A stretch of DNA of 64,000 nt from an uncultured Candidatus Binatia bacterium (GCA_965200965.1 OZ241744.1:1056001-1120000); one strand, 5' to 3'. Positions 50,722 through 61,260 are shown, numbered from the stretch's first letter. Program-made: numbers and translations. Notes: generated by a model not told the origin, from the sequence alone.

Positions 50722-52434
50722 ATGCACTATGACTTACTGATTCGCAATGGCAGCGTTGTCGACGGGTCGGGAATGCCGCGCTTTCGGGCCGAGGTCGGGA
50801 TTGTGGCCGGAAAAATCGCGGCAATCGGCAAACTGCGCGACAGCGCCAGGCAGGTCATTGACGCCGAGGGCCATGTGGTCGCCCCGGGCTTTATCGACGG
50901 CCACACCCATATGGACGCCCAGGTCTTCTGGGACCCGCTCGGCACCTGCTCGTGCTGGCACGGCATTACCAGCGTGGTCATGGGCAACTGCGGCTTCTCG
51001 CTGGCCCCGTGCAGCGAAGACAAGAAACTCATGGTCATGCGCAACCTGGAGCGGGCCGAAGACATCTCGCCCGAAGCGATGGAAGCCGGCATCCGCTGGA
51101 GTTGGACGACCTTCCCCGAATATCTCAACACGGTTGACCGCCTGCCCAAGGGCATCAACTACGCCGCTTACATGGGCCACTCTGCGCTACGCACCCACAT
51201 CATGGGTGAGCGCGCCTTCACCGACGAGGCCAGCGACACCGAGCTGCACGCCATGAAAAACGAACTCCGGGCCGCGCTGCGGGCCGGCGCTATCGGCTTT
51301 ACCACCTCGCGGACGCGCAACCATCAGACCCCCGACGGCCAGCCGGTCGCCAGCCGCCTGGCCAGTTGGGAAGAAGTCCGGCAGCTCGTCGGCACAATGG
51401 GCGAGATGGGCAGCGGCGTGTTTGAGATTGCCGGCGAGGACACCGGCCTCAACCCCAAGCGCATCCAGGAGTACCTGGACCGGCTCAAAGCCCTGGCCGT
51501 CGAGAGCGGCGTTCCCGTCACCTACGGGATGTTCAGCACCCCAAAAGCGCCCGACTACTGGCGGCCGTTCTTTGCCCTGGCCGACGAGGCAGCCGAGGCT
51601 GGCGGCCGTATCTTTGTCCAGGTCCACAGCCGTTCCATCAGCGTACTGCAATCGTTTGAGACAACGACCTCGTTCGACAAACTGCCGGTGTGGCGCGACC
51701 TCCGCAGCCGCCCGCTGGCCGAACAAGAATCCGCCCTGCGCAGCCCAGACCTGCGCCGCCGGCTGATCGAAGCGGCCAACACTCCGCCCCAGGACCGCAG
51801 CCGAGCGGTAGGGGCCGAGGCCCGGGCCGCCAACTTCAAATGGCTCTTCCCGATCATGGACCGGGCGGTCCCTCCCTACCAGTCGGTTCAGGATATCGCC
51901 CAGGACCGCGTCCAGGACCCGGTTGAGGTCTACATTGACCTGGCCCTGGAAAAAGGCTTGAAGCGCTTCTTCATGCAGCCTCTGACCAACACCAACAACG
52001 ACCATGTTCTGGAGATGATGCGCCACCCCCGCTCGGTCATTACCTTCTCCGACTCGGGTGCCCATGTCTCGCAGATCATGGATTCATCGCTGCAAACCCA
52101 CCTGCTGAGCTACTGGGTCCGGGACCGGGAGGCGATGAGCCTGGAAGAGGCGGTGCGGCAGCTGAGCTTCGTGCCGGCCTCACACTGGGGCCTGAGCGGC
52201 CGCGGCCTGCTGCGTGAGGGCTGGCAGGCCGACATGGTAATCTTCGATCCCGACACGGTCGCCCCCCAAGTGCCGACCCTGAACTACGACCTGCCGGCCG
52301 GTGCCCGGCGGCTCAAGCAAAAAGCCGACGGCTTCCTGGCCACCATCGTCAACGGCGAGGTCGTGCTGCGCAACAACGAACACACCGGTGCCCTGCCCGG
52401 CCAACTCCTACGCGGCCCGCTGGCCGGCCGTTAG
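50722..52434 (+). CDS. N-acyl-D-amino-acid deacylase-like amidohydrolase
   Basis: APGFIDGHTHMD, GNCGF and SDSGAH motifs. AAGGAGG RBS. Confidence 0.9.
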   Translation: MHYDLLIRNGSVVDGSGMPRFRAEVGIVAGKIAAIGKLRDSARQVIDAEGHVVAPGFIDGHTHMDAQVFWDPLGTCSCWHGITSVVMGNCGFSLAPCSEDKKLMVMRNLERAEDISPEAMEAGIRWSWTTFPEYLNTVDRLPKGINYAAYMGHSALRTHIMGERAFTDEASDTELHAMKNELRAALRAGAIGFTTSRTRNHQTPDGQPVASRLASWEEVRQLVGTMGEMGSGVFEIAGEDTGLNPKRIQEYLDRLKALAVESGVPVTYGMFSTPKAPDYWRPFFALADEAAEAGGRIFVQVHSRSISVLQSFETTTSFDKLPVWRDLRSRPLAEQESALRSPDLRRRLIEAANTPPQDRSRAVGAEARAANFKWLFPIMDRAVPPYQSVQDIAQDRVQDPVEVYIDLALEKGLKRFFMQPLTNTNNDHVLEMMRHPRSVITFSDSGAHVSQIMDSSLQTHLLSYWVRDREAMSLEEAVRQLSFVPASHWGLSGRGLLREGWQADMVIFDPDTVAPQVPTLNYDLPAGARRLKQKADGFLATIVNGEVVLRNNEHTGALPGQLLRGPLAGR

Positions 52435-52654
52435 CACCACTCCACCTTGGTCTTAGCGGGTCTGCATTCCCTGCCGGCCTGCCTTTTCCACTCGTCCAGG
52501 TGCCCATCTTTTACCCAGGAAGAGCGGCCCTTCCCCGGCCAGGGACATGTGTCTCCAGCCTCAACCACGCGCCAAGCAGGACTGGCCCCGGCTTCTTTTC
52601 TCGTGCGCCGCTTCCGGCTACAATCCTTGCACCAGACAAAAGGAGGGACAACAG

Positions 52655-53854
52655 ATGCCAGCAGCACATTTTTTTGCCGAAAGTCTTGAGGAAGTCGGCC
52701 TTGACCCGGACAAGGTCCAGGCCCTGTTTGACCGGGCCGAACGCGAGGTCAAAGCAGGTCTCCTGCCGGCCAGCCAAGTCGCCATTGCTCGCAACGGCAA
52801 AATCGGCGCGATGCAGACCTTTGGCACAGCGGTCCAGAGCGGTGCCGAGAAGCCGGCGACCAACGACACCCATTTTGTCATCATGTCTTCAACCAAGGCG
52901 CTGACCGCGGCCGCGGCTTGGCTTATGGTGCAGGAAGGCAAGCTGCGCCTTGACGACCGTATCGCCGCGTATATCCCGGAGTTTGGCACCAATGGCAAAG
53001 ACGCGGTCACGGTTGAGCACTGCCTGGTCCACACCTCGGGCATGCCCTACGCCCCGCACTGGCAAAAAGAATGGGCCGACCCCCAGCGTCGCCTGGACCG
53101 CTTTGCCCAATGGCGGCTCAGCCATAGGCCGGGCGAAAAATTTGAGTACCACATCTCGTCCAACTTCTGGGCGGTCGCCGCGGTCATCGAAAAACAGACC
53201 GACCAGAGCCTGAGCGACTTTGTCCGGACGCGGATCGCCGAGCCTCTGGGCCTGCCAGAACTCCGGCTCGGCCTGCCGGCCTCGGGCAACGCGCAGGTTG
53301 CCGACGGGGTATGGGTCGGCCACGCCCTCAGCCCCGCAGAGTACGAAAAAATGGGGCTCACAGGCTTTGGCAAGACGACGAGCGCGATTAGTGAGGACGG
53401 CGTACTCGAACTCAACGAGACCATCACCCGTCAGGCCGGCTCGCCGTCGGCCGGATGTATCACCACCGCCGGTGATATCGCCCTGTTCTATCAGGCCCTG
53501 CTCAACGAGGGTCGGGCGCACAACGGCACGCCGGTGTGGCAGCCCGAGATGCTCACCGAGGCACGCCGGCCGCGCACCGGCGACCTCAGAGACCCCTTTC
53601 TGGGCCACCGCGCCCTGCGCGCCTTGGGCATCGCCATAGCCGGCGGGGACGGCAAGGCCAACCTGCGGGCCTTTGGCAAAACCAACTCGGCCGAAGCCTT
53701 TGGCCATCCGGGCTTTGGCGGCCAGAGCGGCTGGGCCGACCCGGAGACGGGCATCTCGTTCGGCTATCTGACCAACGGGTTTGACCGCAACGCCCTGCGT
53801 GAGGGCCGCCGTCGGGTCGCCCTGTCGAGCCTGGCGGCTTCGTGCGCGGCCTGA
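52655..53854 (+). CDS. Serine hydrolase (beta-lactamase/class C-like)
   Basis: SSTK (SxxK), LVHTSG, FEYH and FGHPG motifs. Confidence 0.9.
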   Translation: MPAAHFFAESLEEVGLDPDKVQALFDRAEREVKAGLLPASQVAIARNGKIGAMQTFGTAVQSGAEKPATNDTHFVIMSSTKALTAAAAWLMVQEGKLRLDDRIAAYIPEFGTNGKDAVTVEHCLVHTSGMPYAPHWQKEWADPQRRLDRFAQWRLSHRPGEKFEYHISSNFWAVAAVIEKQTDQSLSDFVRTRIAEPLGLPELRLGLPASGNAQVADGVWVGHALSPAEYEKMGLTGFGKTTSAISEDGVLELNETITRQAGSPSAGCITTAGDIALFYQALLNEGRAHNGTPVWQPEMLTEARRPRTGDLRDPFLGHRALRALGIAIAGGDGKANLRAFGKTNSAEAFGHPGFGGQSGWADPETGISFGYLTNGFDRNALREGRRRVALSSLAASCAA

Positions 53855-53904
53855 GAAACCGGTGAGCTGCCTTTTCAGGAGTTTCCTTGAAAAACTTCCG
53901 AAAT

Positions 53905-53990
53905 TCCCAATACACGGTCAGGGTTATCTCTTCGGTAATCGCCGCAATCCAGTTGCGGATGACTTTGACTGAAACAGGGTCAAACGCCCG
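53905..53990 (-). pseudogene. Possible N-terminal fragment of hydantoinase B/oxoprolinase
   Basis: FDPVSVKVIRNWIAAITEEITLTV resembles the DPVTLEVIxNxLxAIxEEM start of that family; no continuation follows. Confidence 0.35.
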
Positions 53991-54047
53991 GGCCCTACTG
54001 CCTCCCACACCGCTGGTGACACCAGCGTACTCTCGAGAGGGCCGGGC

Positions 54048-54482
54048 TTAGCCCTCGTTCTCGGGACCAAAGGAGTCGGTGGTGATCCGGCGCGACTTGA
54101 ACTTCCACTCACCGTCAACCTTGGCGTATACATCGTCATACCAGCCCCGCATCTCCCACTTCTTGCCGTCACGCTTCATATGCACCTCGACGTAACACGT
54201 CCCGGTCGCCGAGTCCGGCCCGGTCAGCTCAATCACATGGTTATGAATGAACGGGCGGGGCTGCATGTCGTCCAAGCCGTTGGCGATCATGTTGCGCAGA
54301 TTGTCCCGCCCCTGGGCACCCGGCAGGTCGGGGTTATCAACCGAGAACGAGCCGTCTTCGGTGAACAGCTTGGCGTAGCCGTCCAAGTCCTTTTGCCATA
54401 CACAGTGACAGTACTGGAGCGGCAGGTTGCGGATCGCTTCCCGGTCAATCACGGCCTGCATTTGGGTCTCTAGGTCTGCCAT
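54048..54482 (-). CDS. NTF2/SnoaL-like protein
   Basis: DREAIRNL..QY, LFTEDG, HNHVI and YDDVYAKVDGEWKFKSR motifs. Confidence 0.88.
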   Translation of the reverse strand: MADLETQMQAVIDREAIRNLPLQYCHCVWQKDLDGYAKLFTEDGSFSVDNPDLPGAQGRDNLRNMIANGLDDMQPRPFIHNHVIELTGPDSATGTCYVEVHMKRDGKKWEMRGWYDDVYAKVDGEWKFKSRRITTDSFGPENEG

Positions 54483-54562
54483 AGCTCCCTCCTTGCGGCG
54501 TATTTCGTGCCCGAGCATAGTCCGACCGAGGCCGGCGCGCAACGGTTTTGCCGCGCCCCGGC

Positions 54563-55354
54563 TCAACCCTCGGTCAGAAACGACGGGCTACCCGTTTTGG
54601 CCGTCTGTCCGCCGTCGGCCACAAACGCCGAGCCGGTCACAAACGAGGCCAGATCGGAGGCCAGAAAGAGCACTACATTGGCGATCTCTTCCGGCTCACC
54701 CAGACGGCCGAGCGGAATGGCGGCGTCGAACTGGTCCTGAAAGCCGGCGATCTCCAGGGCCGGCGCGATCAGCGGCGTGTTAATCGCCCCCGGACACACA
54801 CAGTTGGCCCGAATCCCGTTGCGCGCATACTCAACCGCTACCACCCGGGTCAGGTTGATCACCCCGGCCTTGGCCGCATTATAGGCGGCAATGCCGTAGT
54901 CGGCGTACAGACCCGAGATTGAGGCGGTATTGACAATCGCCCCGCCGCCGTTTTTGCGCATCTCAGGAATGGCGCGCTTCATGGCCTGAAAGACCGCGGT
55001 CAGCCCCAGGTCAAGGGTTTTGTCCCAGACCTCGTCATCAAGCTCGCCGGTCCGGGCGGCCCAGCGGTCGCCCGGCAGACCAAAGGCGTTATTGTGCAGA
55101 AAGTCGAGGCGGCCAAACTTGCCAACGGTCTGCGAAATAATGGCATCAATATCGGCCTGCTGGGTCACGTCGGCAACCAACGCCAAGGCCCGGCCGCCGG
55201 CGGCGCGAATCTCGGCTTCCACCTGCTCGGCCTTCTCCCGGTTGATATCGACGACGGCAACCGCGCCCCCACGTCTGGCAAATCCAAGCGCGGTGGCGCG
55301 TCCAATGCCCGAAGCCGCTCCTGTCACCAGACCGACTTTTGTGTCAAACTTCAT
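54563..55354 (-). CDS. SDR family oxidoreductase
   Basis: TGAASGIG, NNA, YNAAK and CPG motifs. Confidence 0.92.
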   Translation of the reverse strand: MKFDTKVGLVTGAASGIGRATALGFARRGGAVAVVDINREKAEQVEAEIRAAGGRALALVADVTQQADIDAIISQTVGKFGRLDFLHNNAFGLPGDRWAARTGELDDEVWDKTLDLGLTAVFQAMKRAIPEMRKNGGGAIVNTASISGLYADYGIAAYNAAKAGVINLTRVVAVEYARNGIRANCVCPGAINTPLIAPALEIAGFQDQFDAAIPLGRLGEPEEIANVVLFLASDLASFVTGSAFVADGGQTAKTGSPSFLTEG

Positions 55355-55425
55355 GCTGCTCTCCTGTTGAAAAAACGCCGGCACCTGACCGGCACCAGCG
55401 TGATGGGGGGCGAGCGCCGGCCGGC

Positions 55426-56544
55426 TCAGCCCAGATTGAAGACCCGTGCCGCATTATCCCATAACAGTTTACGCTTGGAGACCTCTGGAATCGGCTGATC
55501 GAGCATGGCCTGTACGCCCCACGGGTAGGTTCCGTCGGGATGCGGGTAGTCAGAGTCCCAGGTGAAGTTGTCGTCGCCGACCAGCTCCACCGCGGCTTTC
55601 ATAGTCGGCTCGTCGCCCCGGAAGGCCACGCACACATTTGTTCTGAAGTATTCGGTTGGACGCCGGGTCAGGTATTCGTGCTCGGCGTTACCGCTGAAGT
55701 TCCAGTGCTGTTCCATGCGTTGCAGCCAGTACGGCGTCCAGCCGCCGTCTCCCTCAACATGGATCACTTTCAGCTTGGGAAACTTCTCAAAAATACCGAA
55801 CCAGATCAGCCCGGCCATTGCCGCCATCGCCTCAAACGGGTGCGACAGAATATGCCCGCTGGTATGGGTGTCCATCCGGTCGCCAAACGACGGCACAGAG
55901 GCCGAGGCCGAGTCATGGGTGGAGAGGGGCTTGCCGATCTTCTCGATCGCGGCCCACAGCGGGTCATAGTCGGTGTGCCACAGGGTCCGGCCGCGGACCG
56001 GATTGGGGCGCATGTAGTAGCTGACGCAGCCAGCCTCCGCGGCCCGGCAGGCTTCGGCGATTGCTTCTTCGACATCCTGCATCGGCAGGGCTGCGGCCCA
56101 GCGCATGCGTTCCGGGGCCAGCGAGGTATAGTCGGCGGCCCAGTTGTTATAGGCCCGCACGCAGGCGGCCAGCAGTTTGGTATCGCGGAACTCGCGGCCC
56201 AACATCTGTCCGGTATAGGTCGGGTACAGAATCTGGACATCAACCCCGTGCTCGTTCATATCGTCGAGCCGGCTCTGGGGGCTGAACTCGGTGCGGCGGG
56301 CCTTGTCAAAGCGGTCCATGGCCTTGGCCGCGGCCTTAAGAAACGCCTTGGCCGCCATAGGGTACTTGCCCTTCTCGCGGGTGAACGACTCCCCCTCCAC
56401 CAGGAAGGTCCGCCGTCCCGAGCCCGGTGCCTCGCCCATCCGGGGGGCCTGCGACCGGTAGGCGTCCTCCATATGCCGCTCCCACAGCCATTCCGGCTCC
56501 ATCATGTGAGAGTCAGTATCCACAATTTTGAATCCATCGCGCAT
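55426..56544 (-). CDS. Amidohydrolase_2 family protein
   Basis: DTDSHMME, IFEKFPKL and SDYPHPD motifs. Confidence 0.9.
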   Translation of the reverse strand: MRDGFKIVDTDSHMMEPEWLWERHMEDAYRSQAPRMGEAPGSGRRTFLVEGESFTREKGKYPMAAKAFLKAAAKAMDRFDKARRTEFSPQSRLDDMNEHGVDVQILYPTYTGQMLGREFRDTKLLAACVRAYNNWAADYTSLAPERMRWAAALPMQDVEEAIAEACRAAEAGCVSYYMRPNPVRGRTLWHTDYDPLWAAIEKIGKPLSTHDSASASVPSFGDRMDTHTSGHILSHPFEAMAAMAGLIWFGIFEKFPKLKVIHVEGDGGWTPYWLQRMEQHWNFSGNAEHEYLTRRPTEYFRTNVCVAFRGDEPTMKAAVELVGDDNFTWDSDYPHPDGTYPWGVQAMLDQPIPEVSKRKLLWDNAARVFNLG

Positions 56545-56597
56545 TGTCGTGTTCCTCCATTCTGGCTGGACGCTCACGGTCTGAAGCGTCATCAGCG

Positions 56598-57785
56598 TCA
56601 GCCCTTGGGCAGGCCGAGCACCCGTTCGCCAATGATGTTATGCTGAATTTCGTTGGTTCCGGCCGCAATCGTGCCGCGCCGGGCGGCCAGCATCCGGTGC
56701 GACCATTTCCCCCGGTCGAGGGCCACCTCGGCCCGATATGCAAATTGACTGTAGGGCCCCAGCAGTTCCATCGCAAACTCCTGGATACGGTGGTTCAGGG
56801 TGCTGGTGCCGAGCTTCATTATTGAACCCTCGGGCCCGGGCGGAACCCCCTGGAGTTGCCGGGTCAGCTGCCGAAAGCTGGTATACTTGAGGGCCGACGC
56901 CTCGCAGGCGAAACCGGCCACCCGTTGGCGCACATAGCTATCCTGCCAAGCCGGCCGGCCGTTGCATTCAAGCTGCCTAGCCAAGTCCATGAGTTGCCGA
57001 ACCTCAACCATCATGTCAGTCCGCCCGCCATGAATTGTACGCTCAAACATCATGTTCGTCATGGCCACCATCCAGCCCCGGTTTTTCTCGCCCACCAGGT
57101 TGGCCAGCGGGACTTGGACATCTTCAAAAAACACCTGGTTGAAACCGCGCTCGCCGGTCATCTGGATCAGCGGGCGGACGGTGATGCCCGGGCTTTTCAT
57201 ATCCACCAGCAGATAGCTGAGACCCTTATGTTTGGGGGCTTCGGAGTCGGTTCGGCACAGCAGCGTTGTATAGTCGGCGTGGTGGGCGTTCGAGGTCCAG
57301 ACCTTGGAGCCGTTGACCAGGAAATGGTCGCCCTGGTCAATCGCCCGGGTCTCTACCGCGGCCAAGTCAGAGCCGTGGTTGGGTTCGGACAAGCCCTGAC
57401 ACCAGATCTCTTCGGCCGGCGGAATCTTGGGGATAAAGCGCTGCTTCTGCTCGGGCGTCCCCCACTGCATCAGCGTCGGCCCGACCCGGGCAATGCCCTG
57501 GAAATTGACCGTAGGGGGGGCTTTGGCCCGGTCAAGTTCTTCGTGGTAGATGACCTGCTGGATCAGGCTGGCCCCGCGCCCGCCGTACTCTTCGGGCCAG
57601 TGGATGCACATCCAGCCGCCGTCGTACAGCTTGCGGTGCCAAGCCCGGCGGCGCTCAAACTCCTCTGCGGAGTCGGGATCGTGCAACTCGCCGTCGTCCC
57701 GCCAATCACGGGGGATGTTGGCGGCCAGCCAACTCCGAAACTCCCGACGAAAGGCTTCCTCTTCTGGGCTGAAACTGAAATCCAT
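56598..57785 (-). CDS. Acyl-CoA dehydrogenase
   Basis: WCQGLSEPNHGSDL, NGSKVWTS and IAAGTNEIQHNII motifs. Confidence 0.93.
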   Translation of the reverse strand: MDFSFSPEEEAFRREFRSWLAANIPRDWRDDGELHDPDSAEEFERRRAWHRKLYDGGWMCIHWPEEYGGRGASLIQQVIYHEELDRAKAPPTVNFQGIARVGPTLMQWGTPEQKQRFIPKIPPAEEIWCQGLSEPNHGSDLAAVETRAIDQGDHFLVNGSKVWTSNAHHADYTTLLCRTDSEAPKHKGLSYLLVDMKSPGITVRPLIQMTGERGFNQVFFEDVQVPLANLVGEKNRGWMVAMTNMMFERTIHGGRTDMMVEVRQLMDLARQLECNGRPAWQDSYVRQRVAGFACEASALKYTSFRQLTRQLQGVPPGPEGSIMKLGTSTLNHRIQEFAMELLGPYSQFAYRAEVALDRGKWSHRMLAARRGTIAAGTNEIQHNIIGERVLGLPKG

Positions 57786-57879
57786 AGCCGTGCCCTTTCT
57801 TCAGAACTGAGGATGAATCGGTATGGACACTGCCAGCCGCGTCATAACAGACTCCATCCTTTTTCTCTGGCCATAGCAT

Positions 57880-58020
57880 TTTGGACCGCGCCGGCCAAGG
57901 GACTGGACCGAGAGCGCCTGCGTCCAGCCGACGCAAGTGGTGGCGCTTCGCCATCGCCTCGAGCTTGAGCAAGTGCGCAAAAACTGTAGTATTGTGCGTC
58001 ATGATCCTGGAGTTCCTCCG
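57880..58020 (-). mobile_element. Degenerate IS4-family (DUF4372-type) transposase N-terminal remnant
   Basis: MTHNTTVFAHLLKL-EAMAKRHH resembles the MxHxNTVFxQLLKL...FExLAxxHH start of these transposases, with an internal deletion. It sits at the border of the glycan island. Confidence 0.5.
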
Positions 58021-58040
58021 TTCATCAGGAACGCATACAA

Positions 58041-58949
58041 ATGTCCAATACCCCGCCCCTGTCGTTGCCCCCGGTTTCCAGCCTCGTGGCCTCGGATCGT
58101 CCATCGTATGACTACCTCCTTGGCGTCGGCCCCGGCCGCTCGGGCACGACATTTCTCCACAAAATCCTCACCAGTCACACGGCTTTCCACGCGCCGGAGA
58201 TCCAGGATGCGTACTACTACCGTTCGTTCCGGCGCTTCAACAGGGTGCTGCGACACATCCGCACCAGCGTTCCGTCCGCCATGCTTGTTGACGTGGCAAA
58301 CCACGCCTACCGCGACCCGTCGCTTGCCGCCGGCCTTGAGGGTCTGGGAAAACATGGGCACAGAACCTTGCTCGTCGTGCTCTTTCGGGAGCATCGGGCC
58401 AGGGCCGTCTCCATGATGAGATTCCGCAAGAGCCGGGGACACCCTTCGGCGCTCTTTGGCGCAAAGGTGCTGGAACGCGCCGTCGTTCGGCACAGCCTCA
58501 CCCCCGCGGATCTGTTGAGGCTCTACGGACTCCCCGTGGATGTCCTGACCGTGGACTTCTCCACGCTCGTCGAAAACACCGAGCGACTGCTCAAGGTACT
58601 AACCGATATCTGCCGGACCCCCGCCTTCGGAGCCGTCCCCCACCACCCCCTCAACAAGTCGGTGCACGCCAGGAACCTGCTCCTGGCCGTGGCCGGCAAA
58701 CTGGCCGCGGTCGTGCTGCGGAGGGCGGGGTTTCGCAAAACCTTGCACGGTCTCAAAGAACACCCCCGGATACAGCGCGCCTTCTTTGCCCCCCTCGGCG
58801 AGAGCCCGGACGAAGTCCGCTTCAGCGAGCAGGCTGAACGCCTCTTGCAGAGCTGCCACGAAGCCTGCCGCGGCGTCATTCACACTTCAGGCACGCGCCT
58901 CGCCGAGGGTATCTGGCTGAAGCGCGCCGGGCCGAACTCGACGGCCTGA
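58041..58949 (+). CDS. Sulfotransferase-like P-loop protein
   Basis: LGVGPGRSGTTFLHKILTSH resembles the 5'-PSB loop; located in a polysaccharide gene context. Confidence 0.65.
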   Translation: MSNTPPLSLPPVSSLVASDRPSYDYLLGVGPGRSGTTFLHKILTSHTAFHAPEIQDAYYYRSFRRFNRVLRHIRTSVPSAMLVDVANHAYRDPSLAAGLEGLGKHGHRTLLVVLFREHRARAVSMMRFRKSRGHPSALFGAKVLERAVVRHSLTPADLLRLYGLPVDVLTVDFSTLVENTERLLKVLTDICRTPAFGAVPHHPLNKSVHARNLLLAVAGKLAAVVLRRAGFRKTLHGLKEHPRIQRAFFAPLGESPDEVRFSEQAERLLQSCHEACRGVIHTSGTRLAEGIWLKRAGPNSTA

Positions 58950-58972
58950 ATCTGCGACCGGGAGGGCATGGC

Positions 58973-60250
58973 ATGGCAGGCAGCAGGAAGCAGCGTTGGC
59001 TGGTGCTGACACAGTACTACCCACCCGAGATTGGAGCGGCTTCGATTCGGCTGCGTCACCTCGTCGGGCAACTGGTGGCGAACGGCAAGGAGGTGCGCGT
59101 GGTGACCGCGCTGCCCAACTATCCGACGGGCCTCATCTTTCCCGCATACAGGGGAAAACTCTACCACAGGGAGGTGATCGATGGCGTGGAGGTCAGGCGG
59201 ACCTGGGTGTACGCTGCGACGGGCCGCTCGCCAATCGTCCGTCTGGTGAACTACTTCAGCTTCACCGTTTCGGCCACCCTGGCCGTCCTGTTCGGCCCCA
59301 GACCCGACATCCTGTTCGTTGAATCGCGGCCGTCACTGGGGTTGGCCGCGATCCTGATGAAATTGTTGCGAAGAGTCCCTTACATCTACAATGTAGCGGA
59401 TTTACATCTTGGCTTGGCGATCGGCACCGGAATTTTCAGCAACACCGTAGTACGTTCACCAGCCCTGAAGCTGGAAGACTTCTTCTTGCGCCATGCCTGG
59501 AGGGTCTCCACCGTCACGCGGGAATTTGCCGAACATATCGCTGACCGCGGAATTCCCAGAAATCGAATTACCTTCCTGCCGAATGGTGCCGACACATCCT
59601 TCCTCAAGCCACAGCCTCCTGAGCCCGAACTCCAGGAGCGGTGGAAACTGAGCGACAGAAAAGTCTTCCTGTACGCCGGAACCTATGCGTATTATCACGG
59701 CCTGGAGACGCTCATCGAAGCGGCCACCTTATTGAAGGAGCGGCCGGACCTCGTCTTTGTACTGTGCGGCGATGGCCCGGAGCGTCATCGAATCGAACAA
59801 CTGGCTTTGAACTATCGAGGGTCCAACCTCATATTCGATCAGCTTCCATACGAGGAAATCAATCGCCTGTATTCGATTGCCTACGCATCCATCGCTATGC
59901 TGAAAAACATGCAGGTGTCGAAAGGCATGCGTCTCGCCAAGATTTTTCCCTCGCTCAGCTGCGGCGTGCCGGTCATTTATGCCGGTCATGGAGAAGGAGC
60001 TGACCTGCTCGAGGAACATGAGTGTGGCTTGATGACCGCCCCGGAAGACCCCGAACAATTGGCCGCCGCCATCTGCAATTTGGCCGATAATCCAGACTTG
60101 AGAAACCGTATGGGACGGGCTGGCCGAAGTCTGATTGAAAGAGAGTACGATTGGACGTCGATTGTTGCAAGGTGGCTGGACGAGCTTTCCGGCACCCGGC
60201 CCCTTCATGGGTGTGGACGGGGTTTGGCCTCTTCGTGCTGGCCCGGATGA
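58973..60250 (+). CDS. Glycosyltransferase family 4 (WcaI-like)
   Basis: LTQYYPPEIGAA, LPNYPTG, LPNGAD, YAGT and SCGVPVI motifs. Confidence 0.92.
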   Translation: MAGSRKQRWLVLTQYYPPEIGAASIRLRHLVGQLVANGKEVRVVTALPNYPTGLIFPAYRGKLYHREVIDGVEVRRTWVYAATGRSPIVRLVNYFSFTVSATLAVLFGPRPDILFVESRPSLGLAAILMKLLRRVPYIYNVADLHLGLAIGTGIFSNTVVRSPALKLEDFFLRHAWRVSTVTREFAEHIADRGIPRNRITFLPNGADTSFLKPQPPEPELQERWKLSDRKVFLYAGTYAYYHGLETLIEAATLLKERPDLVFVLCGDGPERHRIEQLALNYRGSNLIFDQLPYEEINRLYSIAYASIAMLKNMQVSKGMRLAKIFPSLSCGVPVIYAGHGEGADLLEEHECGLMTAPEDPEQLAAAICNLADNPDLRNRMGRAGRSLIEREYDWTSIVARWLDELSGTRPLHGCGRGLASSCWPG

Positions 60251-61245
60251 GGAAGACCACCGGCAAATCCTTTCGATGAGCCATTGGGCTGGGCGCGGGC
60301 TGATCTCCTGCGGCCGGGCAGTGCGACGAAGATGGCTCTCGTCGTTGCAAGGTCCGTCGCTTCCAGACCACGGAATTGTTCTGCCAACTCCAATTCCCCT
60401 GATTCGATAAGATTGAGGGCAGACATGTCCACTTCGGAATCCCAGTCCAGAACATCGAATCCACAATTCTCGAAAATGCGGCGGTATTGGGACCCACGCA
60501 GCCGGTTCATGTACATAAACGCACTGCTGTGGGAGTCCCACGCTTCCTGGTCAAACCTCAGGAAGTTGACGGAAGAGATTGCTGGATCGGAAGCAGCAAA
60601 GTGGTCGCTGAGGTCGATCGTATGTACGCAGAGACCGCCCGGCTTGAGCAATCGGCGGGCAGTGCCCAACAGGCGATAAAGCGACTTCGGTGGAACATGT
60701 TCCAACACGTTGTTGGAACAATGAATATCAATACTTCGGGCAGGCAGGTCGATATCGCCGGCATCCGCCGGAGCAAGGTACGAGATGTTGCAAAGAGCGA
60801 GTACCCTCTGGACCAGCCTCTTCGGCGACTTCTCGGCCAATGCCAGAAGCTTGTCAAGCCGATGGACGGATGTTCCCTTCCCCCGCATCGCTTCAACCAG
60901 CCATGTCCTGTGCGCCCGGTAGAAATCCAGCTGGGAGCGCACGCGCGTGGGCGTAATATTGCGTTGCAAATCAAGGCATATGATCCTCTCGGCCCCAAGG
61001 ACCCACAATAAGATGGGGATGTTCAGGCTTTGACCTGTTCCGACCTCCATGGCCGCGGCACCCTGCAAGCTCCCGCAGGTTCGGATCGCGTCCGCCAGGG
61101 CGAGTGCGCTGCGGATCTTTTCCTCCGGCGGTCGCGGCTGCCAACGGTAGTGAAGCCATTGAATCCGGCGATAGAGGAGCCGGCCCAAGGGGTGGGGCAT
61201 TACTGATAACAGCCTCTGCAATTTCGTCTTGGTCGTCCACCTCAT
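60205..61245 (-). CDS. Class I SAM-dependent methyltransferase
   Basis: MEVGTG, SNNVLEHV and LLKPGG...IDLSDH motifs. Confidence 0.85.
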   Translation of the reverse strand: MRWTTKTKLQRLLSVMPHPLGRLLYRRIQWLHYRWQPRPPEEKIRSALALADAIRTCGSLQGAAAMEVGTGQSLNIPILLWVLGAERIICLDLQRNITPTRVRSQLDFYRAHRTWLVEAMRGKGTSVHRLDKLLALAEKSPKRLVQRVLALCNISYLAPADAGDIDLPARSIDIHCSNNVLEHVPPKSLYRLLGTARRLLKPGGLCVHTIDLSDHFAASDPAISSVNFLRFDQEAWDSHSSAFMYMNRLRGSQYRRIFENCGFDVLDWDSEVDMSALNLIESGELELAEQFRGLEATDLATTRAIFVALPGRRRSARAQPNGSSKGFAGGLPHPGQHEEAKPRPHP

Positions 61246-61260
61246 GATGCAGTCCTTTGG

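Noticed and set aside
47427-50732. 1101-aa protein as a genuine multidomain fusion
   Set aside because: The C-terminal part is the antisense of a clear P450 and has no recognisable motifs.
52435-52654. Short minus-strand ORF or possible gene remnant
   Set aside because: No recognisable motif or RBS; treated as intergenic.
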